A DNA stretch of 64,000 bases from Epithemia pelagica. Taxonomy: Eukaryota > Protista > Bacillariophyta. The notes under the pieces were generated by a model. The model was given only the letters and a program-made list of their open reading frames with translations, had not been told where the DNA came from and ran no database searches. A program made the translations under genes and the position numbers. Below, one piece after another: positions 37,138 through 49,600 of this stretch. The DNA is taken from positions 1,674,001 through 1,738,000 of the forward strand of contig OX337234.1 in assembly GCA_946965045.2 (NCBI GenBank), in the 5' to 3' direction. Every line of letters begins with the position of its first letter. Position 1 is the first letter of the stretch.

Positions 37138-37879
37138 ATGCGCTGTTTGTGATTGAGGATGAATTTGAGATCTCTATCCGTTCTTGGAACAACCGACCAC
37201 TTATGAATTTTCTGGATTGGCTGTGGCAGTGCTGACCGGAGTACTACAGTCACTGGTGGAGGCTACTCCCAACTCTACATCTCTTCCATAGTGCTACGAA
37301 GTGCAGGGAACTCTGGGTTCGGCAGAAGAATTTCCAGGCCAACATGGGACGTTGTAATTCCTGGAAGATTAGTACCCTGGATTCAAAAGGGCATCACCAT
37401 GGGAACACCCTACATGAATTGATTACCTCGGTCTTTCAGTCTTCTCGGAACCCCCAAACCAATCTGTTCCATAGTTCACATTTCACCCTGCTGATGCTGA
37501 AGAAGCACACGCCACCGTGAGTCTGACACCTTCATGTGTTGATTGTTGATTGTGTCCACCTACTCGTGACCTTTTTTCCTCTGCCCTTCACGAGTGCTGG
37601 TCACCCTGCTCGTTTGGTTGTTGTGTGAACGTGTCCGCTATGGCGCATAAAGGATGCCCACTATGGCGCTGATCCATTGGTCGTGGCATCTCAGTGGTAT
37701 GACTTAAGCTGGAATCCCTCTGTTTGGAGGAAGGATTTTGCCCTCTTTTTCATCCTTCAAGACATTGCCCCACGAGCGAACTGGATTCGCAATGACTCCG
37801 ACGTCCATATGGAACCCACCAATTTACTCCCACACCACCCTCGCAACATTCACCCCGTCTACATGCTTCTTGCGTGTCT

Positions 37880-38215
37880 TTGCACTGAAGGCATTCATCG
37901 TCAACTAGCGCATATTATGATTTCGTGGGGCCAATGCCTCGCCGGCACAAGTTTCTCTATCATGGACAATGTTACGACGCCCGTACACAGAAGAAGTCAG
38001 TGTAGAGCTGCTTGTTGCTAGACGATGAAGCCAAGCCAGCAACACCATTAGTGTTGTCGCAAGATCTATCAAGGACGTGCACTGTACCACTCTGTTCCGT
38101 GGCGGTGGCCTATGATGATCTCCAGTCATTCAAGACATTCATCCTTATGTTCCACCAAGTCCTGTACATACCGGAAATGGATAATCATCTCCTATGTCCC
38201 TTTCCATTGCGCTAA
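37880..38215 (+). pseudogene. CoDi protease-region fragment
   Basis: VPLCSVAVAYDD...TFILMFHQVLYIPEMDNHLLCPF. Confidence 0.6.
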
Positions 38216-38439
38216 AGTGATGTCATTAGTTTAGTATGCCAACTATCGGGCGATAATTGAAGCTGTTGTCAAAGGCTGGTTTCTTGGCATGGCGGTGGAG
38301 TATTCTGGATGGTGCTGCCGGGGTGCTTTTTGGAACCGTGTTCTCCGTGAGCCGTAGCCCTTGGAGCACCTTGTGAATCAGGTGTGGTTGCGAGAATGTG
38401 ATTTCTCCATTGTTGCGTTTGACAATGTTGATTCAGCTT

Positions 38440-39212
38440 CGCTGCCTTTGTGTCGTCGATCGCTTTGTCGATCTCCATTTGGTCTTGTCCCACGATTATG
38501 CTGTCGTCCGTGTAGAGGACGTTTATGACGTTGCTTCGGTAGAGGCCGCATTCGTCCACAGTTGACTTCGTGAATCCCACTTGTTCGACCAAACGCTTTG
38601 ACAGGTGCTGGTACCACACTCTACCGGCTTGTTTCTGCCCGTAGAGGTTGGCGTGGAGCTTTAAGACAAAGTTCCTCTTTGCCCGTAGTAGTTTTGTTTG
38701 ATTCTGAGGACGTAATCTTCCATACGTTGCTTTCCTGTGGTATCAAAGGGAAAGCCTCTTGGCGTCTCCATGTACATGTCGGTTTCTGCCACGGCCTGTG
38801 TGTAGGCCAATACATAATCGACTTGTTTAATGTGCCATCCTTGGGGCAGTGCGAGCGTCAGTACAAATCGGACGACCGGCCATTGGATAACAGGCGCATA
38901 AGTCTCCCAATAATTGACTCCTTTTTATTGTATTGATCCATCATAGGCCAGTCTCGACTTCCATTTGTAGACTTCCCTGGTTTTGTGCCGGAGTTTTCGT
39001 ACGCAATTCCAAACTCCCCTAGAGATCAATGCCCCCTTTGGGATACCTTTTCGTTTGACGACTTCCAACAGGCTGTTTTTGCTATGATCATTTACCTCCT
39101 TTTGTGCAGCTTTGATGAATTCTTCCTTGTCATCTTGCTTCATAGCTTCATGCCAGTACATCACGTCGGGATTAGTATTGGCTTGTGCTGTATGAACGGT
39201 CACTTTGCACAA
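38440..39212 (-). pseudogene. Copia RT fragment
   Basis: YWHEAMKQDDKEEFIKAAQKEV...KWKSRLAYDGS and VWYQHL...GFTKSTVDECGLY...VLYTDDSI. Confidence 0.85.
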
Positions 39213-39436
39213 AGCCCGCCTGGTGCAGTTTGAACAAAACTTGTTGGACCGCCACCAGAATCGCCGTACGGACAGCTGGATCCGTGGCTCCCTGCGCGAG
39301 AATCCACTGTGGTTCGTTGTGGTTGGTGTTGTTGGTGCTCGTCATTTTGACTCTCCGCCAGGAGGGACACACCAACCCACGTTGCCTGGTCCTCCAATTC
39401 TGCGCAGCAAGAACAGCCACGACAATAACAAGTCAC

Positions 39437-39503
39437 AGCTAGTCTGCAGCGAGACAAAAAACCACTTTTCGTCCATGTGGACAAGGTCCATCATGTCCTA
39501 GAG
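39437..39503 (-). pseudogene. ~65-bp shard of a mariner-like (DEKW) transposase
   Basis: DMMDLVHMDEKWFFVS matches the first-Asp motif of plant/stramenopile mariner-like transposases. Confidence 0.55.
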
Positions 39504-39568
39504 GGCAGAGTCCAGATCGGTTGCTGCTTTCCTCTGGATCAGTGGGCATCTCTTGATAGACTTGTCAA

Positions 39569-39870
39569 TCATGGCCATGGCTTTTTCTCTTTTGGCCATC
39601 GGAATACCGTGAAACCCGTGTAGTCTTGAACTTGCTTTGGGAGTTTCAGTTTCTTTGGGTGGCATAAAAGGCCGACCCTCACTGTGGCATCCAAGAACAG
39701 TCTTAATGCTTGACACGTACTCTTGTAGGTAGGTCCATGTATGTTGAAATCATCCACATGTACCCACAAGAGCACTGCTGGGAGGCCATTTGGTCTCTCC
39801 ATTAGGATTCCGTATCCTGATCCTGATTTGTACCCGATCCCTAGGAAGCCAGTCCACCACAAATTGGTGG
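39569..39870 (-). pseudogene. DIRS-like RT fragment
   Basis: GYGILMERPNGLPAVLLWVHVDDFNIHGPTY...GLLCHPKKL...DYTGF. Confidence 0.65.
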
Positions 39871-39899
39871 GTATTCGTGGACGGTCTTTTGTCGCGTCC

Positions 39900-40070
39900 T
39901 TGATACACGTAGAAATGGGCACGTGGATCACCTTCGGTACCATTCACGAAGGCTCCAGCGTGAATGGTATCACCTCGCACAATCAGTATCGTTCCATATG
40001 GAATGTGGGACATGCCGGCTTCTGTCAGGGGCATGAAAACAACAAACGGGACTCCGTTCTTTTTTCCCAC
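39900..40070 (-). pseudogene. Possible 2OG-Fe(II) dioxygenase C-terminal fragment
   Basis: IPYGTILIVRGDTIHAGAF...GDPRAHFY gives a distal His and Arg in a beta-helix-like pattern. Confidence 0.35.
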
Positions 40071-41027
40071 GGTTTGTAATTTGTGGTCCCTTTTCTTTCT
40101 CGTTCTCTCCTCCTTGTCCTGGACACAAGCAGCCTCGTCTTCCTACCTACCCTGCGACCTCTTCCTACCTACCCTGCAACCTTGTCACACGAAGTGGATG
40201 TCACAGGGCTTCTTTCCTTGTGTCCTACCCCTATTTACATCGTTCCTAAGGCATAGTAATGCTGGTTTGGATTGGTACGGGAGGAGTCCTTTAGGTTCAT
40301 AGGCAGTGGATTTGATACTGTTATTTGAGTTAGAGGATATATTTAAGGATCAAGTACCCTGATAAACGGATCCTGGTGTGCAAATTTGACTGGGGTTCTG
40401 CGTATCGCCGGTGGCGTCCTCACAGACAACACTACAGGTTGTTCCTGTTCTTGACATTTGATGCCGCTGGGCGAAAAATTCAAAAGTTACAGCTATACCC
40501 TGGGGCTTTGTCACTCCTAGGGATATACCGATTTGTTGGAACCTTCGGAGGAACCAGGGGATGTTGCAGTATGGGAGGCAGATAGACGTTTTGTCCATTA
40601 TGGACATGTTAGGCGACAATCCACCGTGGTCATTGTCTCCTAGGAGGCCGGTGGCGAGGCGCAAAGCCGCTCGGGCTTCTAGCTCTTTGTTGATGATGGT
40701 GACCATGTCTTCAAGAATATCAAGGCTTTGCTTTGGGGTCTTGTAAGTCATGTCGACTGGGTCCTTTTGAAGCATTACCAAGCCAAACATCATCCTGTGG
40801 ACACCTCAGAGTTTCCTGGACTCCGGCCTTGTTTGAAGGAGGTCCTTTCTGAAGCCGATGGAATCACTCGATACCCATCCTTACTCGGGATATCCAAGAG
40901 GTTAACCATCTGTCCATTGTGCTTCGCCAACAAAAGAAGGAGTCTATTTGAATCCATTATCATGCATTGAAATTCTGGTGTTTCTTCAAACATCCAACAA
41001 CATCATTTGTAGCACCATAAACAAGAT

Positions 41028-41624
41028 GTGGAAAACAAGACGCGTGAGGAAAGTATCAACGAGAAGAACAATCAGAAGAAGATTTCGGCATTCATTCCTA
41101 TGACCATAACCCGTGCGGATACAAGGAAAGAATTTCACAAGAAGATCTTTGAGTTTGTAAATGATATGGGTTTTCCTTCTCGGACTGTTGAGAAACCTGT
41201 TTTCCGAGCTTTGTTGGAGGATACGAACTGTGGCGGGAGCGGTCATTATGCTAGGGACTGCCCACACCCTCCTCGTGAGAATGGTGGAGAGGATAGCAAC
41301 GACAACGGCAACAATGGTGAGACTATACATTGTAGTGTGGCTATGTTTTCGTTCTCCCAGGCTAACAGGGTTGTAGAGCAGAAGTGGATTCTCCTGGATA
41401 GCCAGTCAACCATGGATGTCTTTTGCAACAGGAAACTATTAACAAATATCAGGAAATCGAATGAATATATGACAGTACATTGTAGCACCGGAAAGATGAC
41501 GACAAATTTGGTTGGGACTCTGCCAGGGTACAGAGAAGTGTGGTTTAATTCATCTGGAATCGCAAATGTGTTAAGTTTAAGTCGGGTTCGCAGCAAGTAT
41601 ACGGTGAAAGCCAAATCGAAATAA
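41028..41624 (+). pseudogene. Chimeric ORF: hAT-like transposase segment joined in frame to copia Zn knuckle and protease
   Basis: FEFVNDMGFPSRTVEKPVFRALL (cf. 56971 ORF), then NCGGSGHYARDCP and WILLDSQSTMDVFCN...VWFNSSGIANVLSL. Confidence 0.7.
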
Positions 41625-42299
41625 CGCATATGTTTGAAATTCGGGTGACGGCCACGGATCCTAATCGATGGCTTAGTTTGAAGTATATTGAAAGAAAGAT
41701 TGATGTAAGATATGATGATATGCAAGGCTCACAAGAGAATGCATTGTGTGCAAGGAGGCAGGATGCAATGGTGAAAGCTGTCTGCCCTATGGAGCATGCT
41801 TCAACTGTGGTCAGCCGGGTCACCAGAGAGGACAGTGCCGAGTCAATTTCCGAACAATCTTGAGCAACAAGGCCTGCTTTTACTGCTTTGATGTGTTCAG
41901 CAGGCGCGGCAACAAGCAACACCATCCCAGTGCATGTCCTTTACAATGAAGATTGAAGCGGCTGATGATCGATGTATATGATTCAAGGAAGACCAATGGA
42001 CAATCCAGAGCAATGACTGATTTCATGGCCGAAGTACCATGCGACAGCCATTCGTTTCATGCTTTTCTGTGTCAGAGTGTTGAACAACGGATGGGCATGA
42101 CAGTGACACATACACCTCATGCAACCACAGCATCCGGACCATCCTCTGTGGCACGACCAGCTCTACCAAGGAATCCATATGCAAAGAAAGCATTCGAGTA
42201 GATAGTATTAAGTTAGTAGTTACTGTGTGTCGGTGTAAAGACCATCATCAAAAGACCCATCGAAGAGTCATCTCACAAAAAAATCTAATCACGTCTCAC

Positions 42300-42520
42300 C
42301 AAAAATATTAGGCCCAAAGAAGGGTCGTTTCAGACAAAAAGCTGACCCAGTCACACTTGTCTCATCATTAGGCTTGTTCCTCTTCTTGTTGTGTGAGGAG
42401 ACCGCTCCAACTCCTCGACGTTTATCACGTCTCTCTCGAGCATCTCTGACTCGTTGTCTTTCTTCTCCAGTCAATTTGGCCCACTCATTGGGCTTGTAAT
42501 ATCGATCGGCTGTTGCAAAA
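42300..42520 (-). pseudogene. CoDi gag C-terminal motif fragment
   Basis: RYYKPNEWAKLTGEERQRVRDAR resembles LPRDLWFKLSEEDRKLI in the intact element. Confidence 0.5.
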
Positions 42521-43472
42521 GATGTGTGATGGAAGTAGTGATGCTGGAGAAAGAACATTGTCAAGATGAAGAATGGTACAATTCCGTAGTTGACTTTTTT
42601 TCTCCAGTACAACTCATAACCACATAGACATGGGAGTAATAGCAACCGATTGATTGTTGAAGTGACAAGTTCTGCCTGATTGTAAATTACAACTCATAAC
42701 ATAGACATTGGAGTAATATTATTATTCATAATTCATCAACTCCCAAGTCCGAGTTGTCGGACTACATCCCTTGCCCCATGTGGAATATCAATGATTAGAG
42801 CTGTACTAAATACTCCTAATCAACAGAGATATTTCTTCGTGGCATTTCAATTTGCGATGCTGCATTGCAGTTGATAGATGATAGGAGTAACTAGGTAGTT
42901 GTGTTGTCTGCTGTCTTCCGGTAAACAAGTGTTTATGAGATTGTCTATAGGAGGTAGGAGTATTAGTCACTTTTCTTTAGGATCGATTGTCGATGTTCAT
43001 CTTTGTACAAGAAAAAAGTGAAAGTGAAAGATGTAATGTCGACGGCATCTTCTGATGCTTGTACTTAAGTAGGTAGGTCGGGCTTGGACCCTCAGTCAAC
43101 CTCTGAATTTCGACAACGACTGACTCAACACTCAACCCAAGCTTCGTCAAGTTTTGTCGTAAAACTTAAAATAGGTGCATTCGATATCAATAATTAATTT
43201 CAAAGAATACGATATGCGCTACTAAAAGGAAATAATCGTCTTTCGTCATAGGCATGCCAGATGCAGAAAATGCCTTCTCGCGCACATGCTGGTCACATGC
43301 ACAAGTGCGGGACGATATAGAAATTGCTTGTATAAAAAGTTCAAGATGAGCCAAAATTTGTCTCAAAGACGATCACATTGTGATAGTGTTTCTATACAAA
43401 GCGGCATAATCTATCATAGAAGAGGAGAAAATTCCTAGCGGGCGTCTAACTCTCCCCAGAAAAGAGAAAAAT

Positions 43473-43675
43473 GAAACTCACGCTGGATAGAAACTCACGC
43501 CACAAGAAACTCACCACTCGTGACTCCAAAGAAACTGACGTTAAAGTAACTCACATGACTTAACATAACTCGTGACTCAAACTCACGACGGATGGACCTT
43601 TCATGACTGAACAGAACTCACGACTCAACAGTAGTCACAGACAGACCTCTCATGACTGGATTGAACTCATGACCG
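43473..43675 (+). repeat. Array of AACTCAC / ACTC(G/A)TGAC motifs
   Basis: About 12 related motifs in ~200 bp, e.g. gaaactcacg x2, actcgtgactc x2, gaactcacgactc. Confidence 0.7.
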
Positions 43676-45106
43676 ACGACAAGACTGGGTCTATTCTGCA
43701 CACGCCTGCCAAAACCTCTACGCAACAAATTTGTTACCCCCCTGCCCCAAATTGGTGCACCTGCACTCTTGCAAGCACCAGGGCGATCCCTAAATTTGTA
43801 GAACTGCCAAATTCTGTCACCAAATTTGTCCCTCCCTCCAACATATTGGCAGCATTTTTCAACAAATTTGATAGCTATAACTGCCGAATTGGTAACAAGA
43901 ATCATGCCTACAAGAATGACTTTTACAAGAATCATCTTTTTCCTCTCCCCATTTGCCTCCTCCATTTCTCTCATATTTTTTCAAACATGAAACCAACATC
44001 TGAGCATTCTACTTACTGTGTTAAAATTTTGCCTTCTTGTGCATTGATCCCTGGTGGCAGTGGCTCTGGCCGTACCGACCTCAACTGTTGTTCGTTTACG
44101 GCAGGGGAAATGGGAGACATAGTTGGAGATGCTTTCGACAAGGTTTGTTATACTTTCAAGTCAAGCAACAAAACTGCTGTATGTTCTAAACGCACTCAAA
44201 TTTACAAATATGCTCTCCCCTTTCTTGCAAAGACTTCGGGGTATAAGAATGTGGACAAGAAAAAAGAAAAACAGCTGCAATCCTTGTTTGTTTTGACGCA
44301 ACTGAGCCTATTCCAGCCAATTCTATGTCAGTTTCCCAACTTGAGAAAGGAAAAGTTTTTTTGGTCCCAAGAACTCTACCATCAAACCCAAAACTCTACC
44401 ATCAAACCCAACGAGCCAAACACATTGCTGATGCCTATCAAAAGTCTTTTTCTGCACAAGAAGAACAAGGGGTGTCAAACCCAACAACCCAAACACATTG
44501 CTGATGCCTAACAAAAGTCTTCTTCTGTACAAGAAGAACAAGGGGTGTCTCGACCGACCATCTCCAACAGAATTTCCAACCTTCCTCCGCATTCCCAATC
44601 ACCATCGGCCTCCCACGACACTTTCTACCGAAGTGGTATCTGTTTTTTGTAAATTAGAGGTCCGGTCTACACAGACAAAGAAACGTGGGAAATCACAGAC
44701 TGGAAATGGACAAAGGACAGAAATACGTCACATTCCTTCCTGTTGGAAGTCAACCAATCCAACAACAAGTTGGCATGCACTGCAGTGAAATACGAGGCGA
44801 GCCCGTCTCGCAATGTGCCCCATAGCAAAGTGTTGGTACTCAGTGTATTTTAAAAAATTGGCATGTACTACATGTGTGATGTTCTTACAGTAAATATCTT
44901 GTTCTACATTATATATCATTTTCAACAGTTGGAGGCTCGGTCATCTAGTGATGTAGACATATTGGATGGCTTGTCACCACTGCAGGTAATGCAACATTTA
45001 AACAATGGGATATCGGAGTTTTTAAACAAAGCGGACAAAGAACCATTCGGTGAGCAAGTAATTTGCACTTGTCCTCATACTCGGTGTTGGTAAGTTCTCC
45101 TTCGAC

Positions 45107-46598
<1,492 letters not shown>

Positions 46599-46604
<6 letters not shown>

Positions 46605-49600
46605 CTCCCCACAACTCGTCGTTTCAGCCTTGTCATCATTGGATTTGTTGAGATCTTGAACTTCTCCTTTCCAAAACAACAATGGCTTGAGCATGGGCCA
46701 AATAGATACGAAATCCCAATGTTTGCTAAGGATATCGGCAGGGTTGGTCTTTCCATCTTTCCAGTAGAATGCAACATACTTTGCTGCGATGGCTTCACGA
46801 ACTCGGTGGTATGACAGAAGATGGTGTCTCTTGGATAGTATGGAGTGAGGAACGGTTGCATTGAGCACAACAGATCTGTTATCTCCGTACAAGTAACTTC
46901 GCTCTCGGATAGGTACTCCAAGGTAGCGGAGAGAATGTCGTAATTCTGTAATCTGATCTATTGCTGTCCTTGCAGCCACAAACTCGGATCCATAGGTAGC
47001 AGTTTCCACCGTGCTCTGTCTCTTGCTGTACCAGTCAATAGGTGTTCCGTTCAACAAATGTAGAATAGCAGTGACGGATTTACCAGTGACTATGTCATGC
47101 ATGAGATTGGCATCAACATAATGAGTTGTGGTAACATAGCGGCCAAGAGGTGTTGGGCAGTCTTCAGGAATACGTTCACTTGCATTCGAATAGACAGTGC
47201 GAGTCCAATCAAATTCTTGGGTAGGAAGACTTGAATAATCAGGCTCTCCAATCCTAAATCTGATTGCGCCTTCTGGGAGATGTGCAAGGTATCCATAGAT
47301 ACGCTTGGCTCTATCAAGATGTCCTTTCCTCGGAGCAGCACGAAAGCGTGATAGCGTCATTGTAGCGGTGAAGACGTCGAAACGACCAATAGTGATCACC
47401 CATTGGAGTTGTCCAATCAGAGTTTGGAAATGGCTAGTACCTTCTTCATCAAGGAGCTCAGAATCATCCAATTCAGGATGGTCTCCACCAATAAGAGGTG
47501 TTTTGGCTTTCTTGGGTTTCTCCTTGAAGATTCGTTCGAAAGTGTCCATCATCTTACCAATGTAGCGTCTTGGATCTGCTACGAATGTTCCATCAGAATC
47601 CTTGGTGTAACAACATCCCAAATGGAAATCAATAGGTCCATCTCCTTTGAGTTTGAAGTTGTATTTCTCCTTCAGGATCTTGCAGATATTCCCAGGATCA
47701 GTAGAAATAATGGCTAAGTCATCAACGTATACGGCAATGTATTCGTAACAGTCTTCTCCAGGTGCTTTCCTCATCCAGATATCCGGATCTGCTTTGCTTG
47801 GTGAAAATCCCATGTCTGTCAAAACATCGAATAAGACATCATGCCAGCGTGCGCCTGATGACTTCAATCCATAAAGTGCCTTGTATATAATCAGGATGTG
47901 ACCTTCTAATTCCTTGAATTCAGGTCCTGCGACAATGAAAATTTTCTCCCCTGTCAAGGCTTCCAGATATGCATTTCCAATATCTGCTCCCCATATTTCC
48001 AAGTCATTCAAAGTACCCAGGAATAAGGCAATGCGGAGGTTGCGAATGGAAACAACACCTGAATAGATTGTCTCAACAGGTTCTTTTGTGAGATGTCCAT
48101 CTGCGACAAGTCTTGCTTTATGTCGTCCATCATGTTTTACGTCAAAGACAAGATGTACACGTATCTTATGATATCCTTCAGGTGCATTGGATACTTTCCC
48201 TTTAATGAAGATGGCTTTCCCAAAATCCTTGAATGTCTTGTAGGACTGGATCTGTGACAATTCTAATTCTGTTGCATCTTGCCACTTTGTGTTGCCATGT
48301 TGTTTATCAAGAGCGACAGCTTCCTCATAATTGCGTGGTACTTGGAATCCAAACTTATACTTGACGGAATGGTGAACTTGTTTAATCCTTGACTGTTTGG
48401 CTGCTCGAATGAGACGTTTGCTTGTTTTGACATAACGTTTCAAATGCTTCCATCCAGGTTCGTTGAGTAAATCATGTTTCTTTCCATAAATTGCTACAGT
48501 GATCGGATCATCATTGGCGATGAGTGATAAAGGTTCATAGGTAGTCTCCCCAGTTTCCCAATCAACAAGCAAATTATATTTGCTCCCCTTGTAATCTGGA
48601 TCAGTTGTGTTCAGTGGGCCTTGATGGGCAATGACGTCCCTGAACCTGAAAAGATTATCTCCAGAGGTTTGAGCTTGGTTATCTCGTTCGATATACTCCA
48701 TGAGTTGATTATAGGATATCATCTCATCAACATCAGAATTTGTCTTTCGGTAGATGTACTTGACACGTTCTTCCTGTTTCGTTGCTTCTTCATTAAGATC
48801 AATGACTCGTTTGATGACACGTGCACGGTGTCGCTCCCCATTTTCTTCTGTGTCGCATAGGAATGTGCGTCCTATCATGTCGTCAAAATCGATCGTGGGC
48901 ATTGGTTTGGATGGATCTTCACTATCACTGCGAATGAAGACAGTGTCAGCTTGCTTATCATTGTCATCCTTCTCAGACGAATCCTCCCCTGAAGGTCGAT
49001 CCACACGTAGGTTAGGTGTAGTGGATTCAACACGGCGAACGGCAGAACGATAGATTATCTGGTTATCCTGGGTGAGAATTTTCCAAGTAAAAGAATCACC
49101 AACGTTGTGAGCAAAACCAACCCAGTGGCCAAGTTTCTCATCAGAAGAAGATGGATATGAACCGGAATTGGGTTCAGCGGGGTCGACACGGTAGTAAACC
49201 TCATCCCAGAAAGGAAAGAACAAGAGATGAGTAATGTCGGGTGGGCGACCGGAGAGAGCCTCAAGAGGAGTGCGACCGGAGTGGGTGGGTGATGACGTAT
49301 GGTTCAATAAGTCACAGACATACTCAAGGCAAAGAAGCCAGGTGTTGGCAGGGCAACCAGTGGCATTCATGAGAGCGTTGGTCATACGTTTAACGGTCTG
49401 ATAACGGTTTTCAGCCTTATTCTGGTGTTGATGATAAGGTTCAGATCGATACTCCCCAATAAGCAAAGTGCGAAGAATGTCTTTGACCTTTTGAGAGATG
49501 AGAGATGAACCACCATCACTGATAAGGGTCTCCATGGCACCACGAAACCGGATGTTATCCTGGAGAGTATTGACAAACTGTTTGGTCGACTTGATCCCAT

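Noticed and set aside
43603-44511. 302-aa ORF as a gene
   Set aside because: No domain motif, low-complexity AT-rich composition, starts in the motif array and includes a local duplication.
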